Counted from the stretch's first letter, positions 45,680 through 58,773 are shown. The stretch: 64,000 nucleotides of DNA from Lepidodermella squamata (GCA_047495785.1 JBLDXI010000036.1:744001-808000), one strand, 5' to 3'. A program made the numbers and translations. Notes: a model not told the origin generated them from the sequence alone.

Positions 45680-48578
45680 CTAATCAAAGAGATCATATGC
45701 TTTGAGAAGCGAAGATTTGTCAACGTCAGTCCCGTGCAGCACGCTGAAGTGAACGAATAAAAACAGGCAAAAGCTGAGGGTGAAGAAACAGCCATCAATA
45801 ATGCGAACTAAGCCAACATGTCCGCGCAGAAAGCGTTTTTGATATCGTATCGCTTCCACCTCAGGATTGAAGTAGGAAGCTGCCAGCCAAAGGATCAGCA
45901 GATTGTAGGTTGTGGTTGCGATGCAGAACCACGTCAAACTCTGAACAAGCTTGCCTAGAAGCGTGTCGTAAGGCTTTTTCGGGACTTCATTCAAAATCGC
46001 ATTTTGCATTACGACCATCGTCAAAAGGATGGTTGCGGCGAATGCAGATCGATCTGGCACATCCGGAGGCATCATGAATAGGAATACATTCAGCGAGGCG
46101 AGAGTCGACGATGGAATGGCAAAATTCCTAATGTAATACCTAGGATTCCTAGCCAATTTAGCCGTGAAATGAAAGGTGGAAACGTTGTAGCCTTTATAGA
46201 AAACTTGGTCGGTCGAATTTGCAGAAGAAACCAGAGCCCAACTATCACCTGGTTGCAGCTTTTTGAAGTCGAATCGGAGCTTTTTCTCATCAACTCGAAC
46301 AACGTTAATGTCTTTATCGAGGGAGAATACAAACTCGCACGTTTGCGTGTCGAAAGGGAACAGCTGAAGGGCTTGCTCGCATTTAGCCTCGAACAATCCT
46401 TCCTTTTGCCAATAAAAGTCGAAAATCCGGTTGACAGCGGGAATCTTCGAAGACATCATCATCAAATAGTCATCGTTGACCATCATGTCTCGCATTTGAA
46501 TGTTCGAATTTGCTGCAGTTAGGAAGCGGATCTTCGGTCGCCACATACTTTCGAGATCATCGATGTTTATCGTCTCAAAGTTTCGTCCAGTTGAAAGAAC
46601 GCGCGATGAGAACCATGGGCATGTGTCCACCCGCCATTTTAAGACCATCTGAGCTTCAACAGTGATGATTTCATTTACCGTGTCAATGTCGTTCAAATTC
46701 GTAATTTGAAATCCAACTTCGATGTTGAAAGCGGCGTCGGAGTCCGATTGAGGCTCTTTTAGAGTTTGAGGCGCATTCATCGAACTGTTGAAATGATCGC
46801 AATTTCGTTGAATAGCCGTCATGTTGTCAATGTAGCGAGATCGCTGCGGGTCGAAGAACGGAATTATTTGCTCAGCGATCGAGCTACCATTCGAGTACTT
46901 CATTTCCTGGGAGGCTGCCCGGCCACAGGCATTGCTGAGGTCGAAAATTTCGTCATTGCTCAAAGCAGCGTTGTAGAAGTAGAAGCAAGCGAATTGCGTG
47001 TCATCGGTTGCTGCTATTTTCGCATCCGGCTTAGGAAGTTCAGGGCCCATTCCGATATCAAATGAAACATTGCCCGCCGGAATTTCATGCAGTCCTTCGG
47101 TATCGATCCCCAGGAAATCCTGAGCGTAGTTGTAAGAGCACTTATCTGAAAGAGTAGTCGATTTAATAACCTTTTTCCTTGAAGGATCCCCTTAATTCTT
47201 CTTTAGGTACATAAGCCAGTATAAGGTAATGATTTAGTCTCAAAAGAATATGATTCAGGCTTAGAGTAATCTTCAAAGACTTACCTTTTTCATTTAGCTG
47301 TTGCTCATGGTTTACGGCTTGCGTGTAAATGAAGGTGGTATCGTTCTTTTGGGAAGTAATCGCAAACAGCGTCCAGTCTCCGTTATAATTGTATGTTGCA
47401 CTACAATTATCAGGATTCGCCAGTTCTTCAGTCTTTTTAGCCAACGGAACAAAGTATAATTTGATATCACTTCGAGTTTCATTGACTTTCATCTGACAGT
47501 AAACAGCCAGGAAACCGGGGATGGTGAGGATTTTCCGCTGCCTCCCTGTTGCGCAAGATGTTTTGATGTAGAACGCAACTGTGAACGCGTCCTGTGGCCG
47601 TGGCAGGTTGTCGTAGGCCACGATGCCACTGAATTTATTCCGAGAAGAGCTTGCGTTACTATTCCATGCAAAACTGCCCAGCCCATAGGGACCCTCAAAT
47701 TTCAACCGTTTCGGGTTGTAGAGGCTAGGCTGGCGGGGCAGAATGACATTACCCGTCCCAGTCCAGCCGATCAATTTCGAATCGAACGATAGCGGCCAGA
47801 ATCCGATGAGGTCCTCTCGACGTGGTATGTAATTCATATCGATTTTATCGATTTTACCCATGCTTGCTTCAGCTGCTTTTTGACACGGTTGTAGAAACAG
47901 CATTTTCACCTCGTCTGCAGTTAAAGCAGCATTGTAAAGTGAAACACACGAAACTGCGTAATTCGTCCATTCCATATCGAAATTCTCACGTTTCCCGATC
48001 GCAAACTCTTGCTTGGTATCGTTTAGGTACATTTTGTTCAGAATTGAGTTCTTTTCGGAGGATATTTCGAGCTGATGAGTGCCCATTCTATAGGAAACAG
48101 TCAAATTTGTCGCGCTGTCATACGTGAAGGCTAGCCAAGATGTGTCTTGGTACTCCATCAGAAATTTTGAGTTGTAAGATTGCCAGCTATTTCGTCCTGT
48201 TCTTACGCTCAATTCTTTCCTGTACATCTTGAAAAGACCATCGAATTCGATTACGCCGAAAAATTGTTGAAAGTGGGCGCAAACTGTGAATGAACTCGGG
48301 ATTTCTGGAATTGAATAACTAGCTATAATCTTTCCACTTTCCATAACGTAGTACCCGGCGTTAGTAATAGGATTATGGTAGAATTCAGCATAGTCGCTTC
48401 TGTTCTTCAATGGCTGGAGTTCGTCATTAGTCCTCGTGAACCCGGTGCGGCCCGAATACGCGTTCATAGGCCAGAATGCAATCAGGTTGTCCAAGCGAGG
48501 CAGCTGGATCTGGGAAACATCGAGGCAATTTGCGAAGGCAACAATACAGCAAACTAAAGCAACGCTAGTACAAGTCAT
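45680..48578 (-). CDS. LamG/pentraxin-like x2 fused to a Cys-loop ligand-gated ion channel subunit (2 exons, about 919 aa)
   Basis: Exon 1 48578-47285 (1294 nt, phase 1), intron 47284-47146 (G|GTAAGT...TTTCAG), exon 2 47145-45680 in frame. Signal peptide, two LamG domains, then WRPKI, CEQALQLFPFDTQTC, ARNPRYY and M1-M4. Confidence 0.85.
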
Positions 48579-48702
48579 TCCAACTGAATTCGTTGATTTG
48601 AAGCAAAAAAACTGGGAGAGCGAGCACGATTGACTCGAGCGTTGCGATTTATCTTAGATAGCGTAGCATGGAATAACAGGCTGGGATTTAATTTCCTGCT
48701 GT

Positions 48703-49475
48703 AGGATTCGTCAAAATCAAGGTCTGAGTGTCAACAATTCTCCTGTTCGCCGGCTGAACGAATGAATTCTGTTTTGCAATCCATCTTCTACAGCAGATAT
48801 AGCAGATATAGCAGATCAATGAGCCTGTCGCTCTTTTATTTACTGACATGTTTTGTGGAAATTCAATTTTGCCCATCAGCTCCAGGGTGAGATCATGGAT
48901 TCTGAAGCTGCCGGAAATAAATAAAATTGTTTGCTATACTTCCCAAAATAAATTGCGATTTTAATAAAACTCCGACCGAAGCAAGGATAGTAGAACTGCA
49001 GCAGATGGAAACAAATTTCTTCGCATTATTAAAATTAAAATTATTCAAAAAAACCAAAAGTGAAGGTGAACGGGAGGATGGAGGGATGCTCACCTCTGAC
49101 GGAGGCGATGACTAACTAGAATAATTGAAGAACAATAATGTTCACGCAACAATTGAAGTTCGAGCCGAAAATTCCCGAAAGTAACCCCTGGCTCGATCCT
49201 GCGTCGAGCACTGACTTTCCCGAACCTTATTCGAAGTTATTGTTAACACATCTGGTGAAATTAACATTGAAAAGTTGGCTCATTGCTACAGCAACCGACG
49301 TACCTGCTTGGATTCGTCAAAATCCAGGTTTCAATGTCAACAATTCTTCTCTTTGTCGGATTCATTTCTGTTTTGGAACCTGCATCTCCAACATCCCACA
49401 GCGAAAGGCAGCAGAGTGACGTTCTTTTATTTACCGATAAGATTCGTGAAAATTCAATTTCGCTCTTCAGTTCTG
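48703..49475. repeat. Diverged about 170-bp direct duplication (about 48703-48880 and 49310-49475)
   Basis: Both copies begin GGATTCGTCAAAATC..GGT....TGTCAACAATTCT and share CTTTTATTTAC.GA and AAATTCAATTT. Confidence 0.65.
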
Positions 49476-50548
49476 AATGACCTATCGCTTTCCGATTCAC
49501 GCTCATACATTATCGCAGAAGTTGAAGTGCTGGTTCTTCCGCGCCTCGAACGACATAACAGAACACACAACGATAAAACGCGATAAATTCAATTTTTCAT
49601 TTCCCAACGCGGAACCTTGCAGCGCGATTTAATCAGCTCATCGTAGGAGTACCTGAAGTTATTAGCGACTGATGGAGATAGCCAGATTAGCCTTAGCTTT
49701 TCGGGATCAGGCTGGCAAATAAGAACAATTGATCAACCCGTGACAAGTAGGTATGGTCTTAACTTTGGAATAGGAACCGACCTAAACTGACGCCAGAATA
49801 TCTACTTCCACTGAAGGACTCTTTTAAGCTCACGCATGACAAATGGTCGTAATATGAAATATATGCGCTTAAATATACAAGTTTTTGCTTATGAAATAAT
49901 AAGCTCTCAGTTCCGCTTTTCAGACTCAATTAATTGATCACTCGAGCGTGTTGCGCTAATTATCATAGTGGTTCAGCTGATCTAATGAGCGACCGCAACT
50001 CTTTATTAGTTCGCTCGACAGCTCTCGCATACATGGTCTCTACTTCCAAATGAAAATCGAATTTGAGTGAGAACTAACGTTTTTGGCGTTTTGGCGTCAT
50101 TTATACTTGTAAGATCGTCCGCAGCAAAGTTTCAGACAGTTCGGCAGTTCTAAAAAAACTCAAGCACAATGTAATTTGAATGGTGACTCATTGTGCGGTC
50201 TCGCATATATTTTTAATTATAGAGTCTTCGTGAATTCTTCGTCACAGTAGGACGTCATTGTAAGACGTCTGAAATTCTTAGGCTGCAAAGAATCGATCAG
50301 GAAGGTTCCAGATCTGTTGCAGACGTGAGTGCAGTTCAGTTCGTGACGAATCACATCAGAATCGCCACTCATCAGCTAATTGGAAGCCGCACAAACAACC
50401 CTTGGACAACGCGCGGCGACCTTGCTACGCGAAACTCATCCAATATGGCAAATTAGTACGCACGCCCGCGATTCGTCTGGGAGTTACATTCTTATATTCG
50501 AGAAATCACACGAAAACATCATTTCCTCTACATTTGTTAATCATCAAA

Positions 50549-52127
50549 ATGAACGACAGCATCCTTACCAAAATGAACCATAGCATTCGGTCTAATGTGG
50601 TGAATGGAGCTTGGGTTAGCGTTAACATTCCTGACCGAGGCTTCGAAGGCCCTAGGCCGTATTTCGTCGGCTGGTACCATGATCTTGAGGCTGTTTCAAT
50701 CTCTGACCGTTTAGCTTACACAATCCCATTTTGGATCGCTACTATTCTGGTCTACATTTCCACAACTTTCAGCATCCTCACCAATATGAAGCGAGGTGTT
50801 CAACGCGGGTTCCTGATATTAAATATTATCCTTGATATTAGAAATATTCTGTTTGCGACAAATTATTCCTTGGGCCTTCTTGCGGTCCTGCCCGATGGTC
50901 AGTGGCATCTGGGAAGTGGAGCCTGTGCGTTTTCTTTCTGGCTAATGTTCACCTGCGGACCATTTGGCACGACTATGAACATGCTGATAAGCTACGAACG
51001 GAGAATGTGTGTGTCTTCGAATAATCCGCGCTACCAACTGACAACTAAAAGAGTAAGTGATCAAGTCATTGACAGTTTTGAGCCGCTCAATAGCCCGCCC
51101 GTAACCTAAGTCTTGTTCCCAATCCTAATCCTAATCTTTAACCCTAACCCCATCCTCAAACTTAACCCTGATCCTAATACTAATCATAATCTCTAACCCT
51201 AGCCCTAACCCTAACTCTAGCCCTAACCCTAACCCTGATCCTAATCCTAATCATAATCTCTAACCCTAGCCGTAACCCTAACCCTAACCCTAACCCTAAC
51301 CCTAACCCTATCCCTAAACCTAATCCTGTTCATAGTACTAATCCTAATCCCATATCGAACCTTAAAATCAGGCCTAACCCTAGTCCTTGCCCGGTCCTAA
51401 CTCTTTTCTGCCTTTCCTGTTCTCCAACTTGTGACTATTGTTCTCTTGTGTTCCCTAGCTGGTTTTGATGGTGACTCCAGCTGTTCTGTCATGTGCCATA
51501 GTCTCCGCTTCAACTGCTTATTGGCCGCTGCAAGTTTACGAAGCACGAACTGTACCTTTGTACGAGAGCGAAAATTCGACCACGATGAAAATCTGCAGTA
51601 ATTTCGACTTCAAATTATTCGGCGTCATGGACTCTTCGCTCATCTCGTTCCTCAACTTTTTCTTCGCCGTCAATATTTCAACATCAATGCTAGCCATGAA
51701 CTACCTAAAAATCTTCAAAATTGTTCATCGTGTGAAGAAAGTAATGACGGAGTCGATTCGCAGCAATATAACGACTCAGCAATCAACGAGGCGTGACGTC
51801 TGGCGGAATCGCGAAATTTTCATTGCTAAACAGTCCTTAGCAGCATTCGCAACGTTTATAAATTGCCATCTGCCGGCATTTTTCTCCTTCTTCTTCATGC
51901 TGTTCTGGTTCGATTTCGGGCCGAAATACGGTTCATCGTGGCTGCATAAAATGGGCATGTTGGTTGTGATTCTTGAAATGACGATTTCAGCTATGATTAA
52001 GAGCATCAAACCCGGTCAAATGTCAAGATTGCTCACTAGGAATCGCATTAATGATGACAATGTGTCTCAGGTTAGTGTTGAAACGATTCCAAACACGTGG
52101 CATAGCACTGGCTCTCAAAAACGTTGA
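50549..52127 (+). CDS. Divergent class A (rhodopsin-like) GPCR, 2 exons
   Basis: WHLGSGAC at ECL1/TM3, ISYERRMCV (DRY-like), CHLP in TM6; intron 51053-51458. Confidence 0.8.
51100..51400 (+). repeat. Telomere-like (TAACCC)n tract filling the GPCR intron
   Basis: About 45 perfect and degenerate hexamers. Confidence 0.9.
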
Positions 52128-52910
52128 AATGAAGCATTTCTTTACCAATCAAACGAAACATTCCATTTAATTCGTGAATTTCAGATCTTGACTAATGGAT
52201 CTGTTGTCGTATGAGATTTTTTTTATAATTTGAACTTATTTTGAATTTCAAAAACAGAAGAACAAATGTTATCTTTGAAAATGCTGAATTTCGATAAAAA
52301 AATTTAGGTTGAAAAACGATTTTTTAAGGCTGATAGGTTTTGAAGCTGGTTCAAAGAGACGCAGCAGAGCGACCTGAAAGTTATCGATTGACTTAACTTA
52401 TGAAAGATTCAAATCGAAGTCACTAAATTACATTTAGTATTTAGTATTGCCAGCCGCAATTTTAATTGCATTGAATGAATACATGCTCCAGTTAATGCCT
52501 TCGTAAATTTGAAATCAAGATGCTTTGGTTAGAGAACGATGTTAACAGCCACGCGTAACGGACAGCACGCAAGTCGCCTCGTTATATTTTTCAAAACTCA
52601 CAAATTCTTTCCGTGTTATTCAATAACGCAGGAGGAACGTAGCAGAAACTCAGACATTGACGCGTCAGTATTTTGTTAGGCTTCAGCTAGCTAATTACGA
52701 CAATGCCACTGATGCTCAGGACTCCACGTATTGGCTAGGTGGGTTCTAAGACATCATTTCAGACGAAGGAAATAAGTAGAACATAGTGGAGTTTGAGCTT
52801 CTCTCAAGAATACTTACATGAGTATTCCCAGCCTGTTTCCAGCAAGCTGAAAACAAAATTGTTGATGACAATTGACACAGCACCGAAAAAGCATCGGTAA
52901 TATTGAAATG

Positions 52911-53074
52911 CAGTGCGCAAAGTACAGGGGAATTTGGGGTATCGTACCCCCCAGTTCACAAGGCAAAAGAGGAAAACCGTCAAAGATACCACACGGAGGA
53001 TCCTTTTGACATTTGGGCCCGAACTACGAAATACCCCAGAGGTTCGAGGATTCTACTTCCTACTTCACGCATTG
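52911..53074 (+). mobile_element. hAT-like MITE (26455 family)
   Basis: CAGTGCGCAAAGTA...TACTTCACGCATTG; perfect 8-bp TSD TTGAAATG. Confidence 0.8.
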
Positions 53075-53659
53075 TTGAAATGACTAGTTGGGGGAAAGCC
53101 AAGAGCAATTTGAGATTACAGACGTAAATGGTTACCACGAAAAATTCACATTTGGAGCAGTCTTCGAATTATAGAGATTCGTAGGGCGTAGGGCGTTAGA
53201 TATCCTTCTCTCCCAGCTCGAGAGGTCGATTCAAGTTACCCCGAAGCGAGGATGCTTTTATCCGAAAAATCAGGGTCGAAAATCGAAAATAGCCGAAAAT
53301 TCAGAAAATAGAAACGAGAATGTTTTCATTTATCGTAATTTGGTTCCCAAGCGGTTGGTACCTGAAATGGGAAAACTCCAGCCTCCATTTTGAAGAAGGA
53401 CCCATGGGGATAAGATTAAACAGATCTTAACTTGTCGGTTAATGCGGCATCATTCCATGTGAATACAATCAAAACTAACAATTCGGTCTTGGAATTCTGC
53501 TGTCACGGATATCACAGTCACAACATGGCATTTTATTAGCCTGAACTCTTTCAACAAAAACGTTAGGGTTTGAAATTGTTCACAAGTAAAAGTAAGCTTC
53601 GACGGTTGAACGAACGAAACCTGCGCCGAACGCGTATGTATATTTCTTTAGGGTTTATC

Positions 53660-56288
53660 TCAATTCTGAGCCTGCTGGCTTATTCGCTTTTTTACTGAAA
53701 CGGCATTTTCGACAGAACCTTTTTTCTGCCAACATTTCAGCGAAAATCCTGGCCTCACGCTTCGCACGAGGGCTGACGCAATCATCTCTATCAAAATGAT
53801 GAGATTGCCAATTTTATGCGCCCAAGCAGTCGACAATCTCGGCCCGATGCCTTCGAACAAGTAGAAGCTGAAAATGAAAAACATTGGCGTGTGGGCGAGC
53901 ATGAAGACAGAAAAAGCTGCGAACGACTGCTTCGCGATGAAAACTTCCCGCTTCCGCCAGGCGGTCAACGCTCCCTTCGGCTGCGAGCTATTCACCGATC
54001 CAGATCCAGGCGAGACCTCAGACGTTTTAACTGCTTCGTAAATTCTCCAATAATTGTAAGCAAGAGCGCTAACTGGGGGTACTACGGCAAGGATGTAGTC
54101 GATAAGGATCAGGTGAGAGGTGTCGAAGTTATCGCCTAGTTTGTAGTCAAAATAGCTGCATAGGGTTATGACTGTGCCATTTTCGACTTCAAAATTGATT
54201 GTCCCAAATAATTTGCGGTTATTATTCGGGGAAAAATATGCGACAAAGGAAGCAGATCCGCAGCAATAGAGTACAGCACATGCAACCATTACGAACAGCT
54301 TAAAAATTTGAAAAAATCCAATTAAAATTTAAATGAAATGAATTAATTAATTAAAGAATAATTAATTTCATTTAAGTATTAAAATTATTAAAATTAAAAT
54401 CAAACAAATGGACCTTGAGAGGGCTTGTTCGATAGTTTGGATTATTCGAGGTGACGCAAAGTCGCCGTTCGTGGCTGATGACAACATTCATGAGTGTTCC
54501 AAATGGCCCGAGTGCGAAAATGAACCAGAAAGAGAATAGACAACTTTCATCGCCAGCATTCCACTCGCCAGTAGGGAGCGTTATTAGCAGAGCTATTGTG
54601 AAAGTCGTGGCCTGGAGCAGATTTCTCACATCTAGGACAACGGTGAGTATGAAGAAATCTCGCCGCATTCTGCGCGAAATTTGACTTGTGAATTTGAATA
54701 TACTTGCCACGTAGACTAAAATTGTGACTATGAGGTATAGCAGAGTATAGGCTAGTCGGGCTGGTATCCCAGACGGAAATTTAAGACCAAAATCTCGGCT
54801 TAATGTTTCGGCTGTTTATTTGATACCCCCAAACTGTCCAAAAATTTTACTCGAAAATTGTGGCCAAATGGTCGAACGTTAAATTTGGGCCAATTTTTCG
54901 CCAAAAGTATTTCTGAAATTGTCATATTTCGGTGTAATCGATAGGTGAAAATTTCGGCGAAACTGCTATCCGAGTTAATAGATGGGCCAAATCTATCATG
55001 CATTAGTTCCGATTCTTATATGCTGGGGTATTTACTCCATCGGCCGGCTTCGTGTTCCTCTGTTCTTTTAGTCATCTCAGATCCCATCAGCTTCTCAATT
55101 ATATCGTATTTTCAATTTTAATTTGATTATAAATTTTTCATTTTAACATCACTATATAATTGCCTGCTTGGGAATGAACGCAGGTCATGTCGAACTTGGC
55201 ACTTATTTTTTCCGAAGCGCCGAAAAGATACTGTCAATAATTCCATAGGCTTTGAGGTTTATATAGGAAAAAATAACTCTCACTTTTGAGACCGAAAACA
55301 ATCAAATGAGAACTCTACTGGAGAAATTTGCCATTCCAATCTCTGCTGTGACGGTGTGACGCAACACAGCTTTGAGTTGCACAACAATCGCGCGGAATGA
55401 GGGCATGTCTCATTACGACTTTTTTCACTCTCATTTTAGATTGATTTGATTGCGATTCTGAATTGGGTTCTTCGCAAGAATAAGCCTGACCCTAAATTCA
55501 AGGGCAATTTCATCCGATCTTAAAATTGATAAAACGCGAAGCTTTCCCGCTAGAGCGGAGATTTTTTACTATTCCTTTCGGGGCTGAAATCGAACGGAAA
55601 TTGATGGTCATGCACCCATGAATCGAATCGAAATCATTTAGTTTAACTTGGTTAATTTTATACCGTAGAAAAACAGATGAGCTATAAATTCTTGCTGCTG
55701 TGTCGCGAAAGTGAGGAAAGTAAGTCAATCCCTAATCCCTCGAAAAGAAGTGTTTCACAGCCTTAATAAATATTGAAACGTCTGCTGCCGGCTATATGTA
55801 AGCCATATAATTCTTAATATTAAATTCCAATCAATGCCCAAAATGTCAGCGAACTGTGGAGAAATAGCTACGGTCGACAATTCGACAGTTAATTACAACG
55901 AAAATCAGTTCGCCTAAACTTACTCGCTCAAATAATCGAAAAATAGTTTTCAGCATAAGATTTCGTTAAGCTTTTTGTCCAACAGGTAAAAACTCAATTT
56001 TTGCTGAAAATCGTCAATGAAACCATGGTAGAAATTCTTAAAAGTGAAGTTGCCAAAAATTAACGCTACATTTGAAGAATTTTATGGGGGAAATCTTACA
56101 CCGAAAAATTTGGCCGAAGATTTGGTCCTAACGCCCTCTTGGCCACACGAATTTCCGTCTGGGATGGTTGTAGCTTCGAGATCGTGGAGCCAGCCGACGA
56201 AGTACGGTCTGTTGTAGTCGAAGCCATGGTTCTTGATATTAGCGCTGATCCAAGCCCCGTTGATTATAGTCGCTTTCGTAACATTCAT
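53660..56288 (-). pseudogene. Divergent class A GPCR paralogue interrupted in exon 1 by a transposon
   Basis: Paralogue of 50549-52127 with the same intron position (54299-54413). Removing 54768-56163 and one AT restores HDLEATTIPARLAYTLLYLIVTILVYV. Confidence 0.85.
54768..56163. mobile_element. 1396-bp non-autonomous CCC...GGG element (CMC/EnSpm-like), copy 1
   Basis: TIR CCCAGACGGAAATT; 2-bp TSD AT. Confidence 0.92.
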
Positions 56289-56383
56289 GTTGATTTTGAT
56301 CAAAAAATATGTTTGACCTCGCTAAGCATTAGCGCGAGTCTCACCGAGTTTTTACGTGAGAAATTAGCTCTGAAATTCCACTT

Positions 56384-57780
56384 CCCAGACGGAAATTTAA
56401 GACCAAAATCTCGGCTTAATGTTTCGGCTGTTTATTTGATACCCCCAAACTGTCCAAAAATTTTACTCGAAAATTGTGGCCAAATGGTCGAACGTTAAAT
56501 TTGGGCCAATTTTTCGCCAAAAGTATTTCTGAAATTGTCATATTTCGGTGTAATCGATAGGTGAAAATTTCGGCGAAACTGCTATCCGAGTTAATAGATG
56601 GGCCAAATCTATCATGCATTAGTTCCGATTCTTATATGCTGGGGTATTTACTCCATCGGCCGGCTTCGTGTTCCTCTGTTCTTTTAGTCATCTCAGATCC
56701 CATCAGCTTCTCAATTATATCGTATTTTCAATTTTAATTTGATTATAAATTTTTCATTTTAACATCACTATATAATTGCCTGCTTGGGAATGAACGCAGG
56801 TCATGTCGAACTTGGCACTTATTTTTTCCGAAGCGCCGAAAAGATACTGTCAATATTTCCATAGGCTTTGAGGTTTATATAGGAAAAAATAACTCTCACT
56901 TTTGAGACCGAAAAAAATCAAATGAGAACTCTACTGGAGAAATTTGCCATTCCAATCTCTGCTGTGACGTGTGTGACGCAACACAGCTTTGAGTTGCACA
57001 ACAATCGCGCGGAATGAGGGCATGTCTCATTACGACTTTTTTCACTCTCATTTTAGATTGATTTGATTGCGATTCTGAATTGGGTTCTTCGCAAGAATAA
57101 GCCTGACCCTAAATTCAAGGGCAATTTCATCCGATCTTAAAATTGATAAAACGCGAAGCTTTCCCGCTAGAGCGGAGATTTTTTACTATTCCTTTCGGGG
57201 CTGAAATCGAACGGAAATTGATGGTCATGCACCCATGAATCGAATCGAAATCATTTAGTTTAACTTGGTTAATTTTATACCGTAGAAAAACAGATGAGCT
57301 ATAAATTCTTGCTGCTGTGTCGCGAAAGTGAGGAAAGTAAGTCAATCCCTAATCCCTCGAAAAGAAGTGTTTCACAGCCTTAATAAATATTGAAACGTCT
57401 GCTGCCGGCTATATGTAAGCCATATAATTCTTAATATTAAATTCCAATCAATGCCCAAAATGTCAGCGAACTGTGGAGAAATAGCTACGGTCGACAATTC
57501 GACAGTTAATTACAACGAAAATCAGTTCGCCTAAACTTACTCGCTCAAATAATCGAAAAATAGTTTTCAGCATAAGATTTCGTTAAGCTTTTTGTCCAAC
57601 AGGTAAAAACTCAATTTTTGCTGAAAATCGTCAATGAAACCATGGTAGAAATTCTTAAAAGTGAAGTTGCCAAAAATTAACGCTACATTTGAAGAATTTT
57701 ATGGGGGAAATCTTACACCGAAAAATTTGGCCGAAGATTTGGTCCTAACGCCCTCTTGGCCACACGAATTTCCGTCTGGG
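56384..57780. mobile_element. 1397-bp non-autonomous CCC...GGG element, copy 2
   Basis: Near-identical to copy 1; 2-bp TSD TT. Confidence 0.92.
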
Positions 57781-57913
57781 TTGCTTTAGCGATATTTTCT
57801 AATTTGAACGAATTTTTGAGCTGTTCTTGCATTCCGCTGTGTGCGCTCAACGGCCGAAGGTCATTTTAAACTCGCAATTAAACTCGGTATTTAGTAACCG
57901 ACAGTTAAACATA

Positions 57914-58773
57914 CACCTTTTTTCCTTTGCAATTTCATTATTTTTATTAAAGAAACACGCGTTTATTTTTTCATGATTATCAGCGTATTCATTTTATTCA
58001 TTTTCTTACTTTTTTCTACCTAAGGATTTACTCGATCTTCGAAGGTTCGCTGTATGCGAATACGAAACCCGAATGGGATGAACTATATATCAAATTGAAG
58101 CTAGAGATCTGATCTATCTAGCTGTGATATTAAAATACTGGATGCCATTTTGTTCTTGAAGGTATTTAACGTTTTAGCCGACTGGTTGTTCGGAAAGTTT
58201 CTTCTGATTTTAGCTACAATTATGTTTATTTTTCAACAAATAACTGCTAAGGAACTATTCTATTACTTAGTCTTCGCTAATTTCATCATTTCATGATGAA
58301 ACCAAAGCAATATTTGTGAAAACTACCTCAGCACCCGCGTAAGCTATTGCCCAAAATGCTGCTAAAGCCAAATTTTTTGAGGTTCTATCGCTTCTACTCG
58401 AGATATCACCTTCGCCTGATTGTTCTAATCGTTTTTGGGGAGGAGGGAGGGGCCTTATACCTATAAAATATAAAAACTACCCAAGGAAAACATCTTTGCA
58501 GTTCATTCTACTTACTGCTTAGTTTCTGCGATACAAATAATGATTTTGCCGATCTGATCGCATATTTGAAAAGATTATATATCTAGCTTCAATTTGATAT
58601 ATAATTCATCCCATTCGGGTTTCGTATTCGCATACAGCGAACCTTCGAAGATCGAGTAAATTCTTAGGTAGAAAAAAGTAAGAAAATGAATTAAATGAAT
58701 ACGCTGATGATCATGAAAAAATAAACGCGTTTTTCTTTAATAAAAATAATGAAATTGCAAAGGAAAAAAGGTG
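57914..58773. mobile_element. 860-bp foldback/MITE-like element with about 190-bp TIRs
   Basis: 57914-58105 is the near-perfect reverse complement of 58582-58773 (CACCTTTTTTCCTTTGCAATTTC...); TA on both flanks. Confidence 0.88.
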
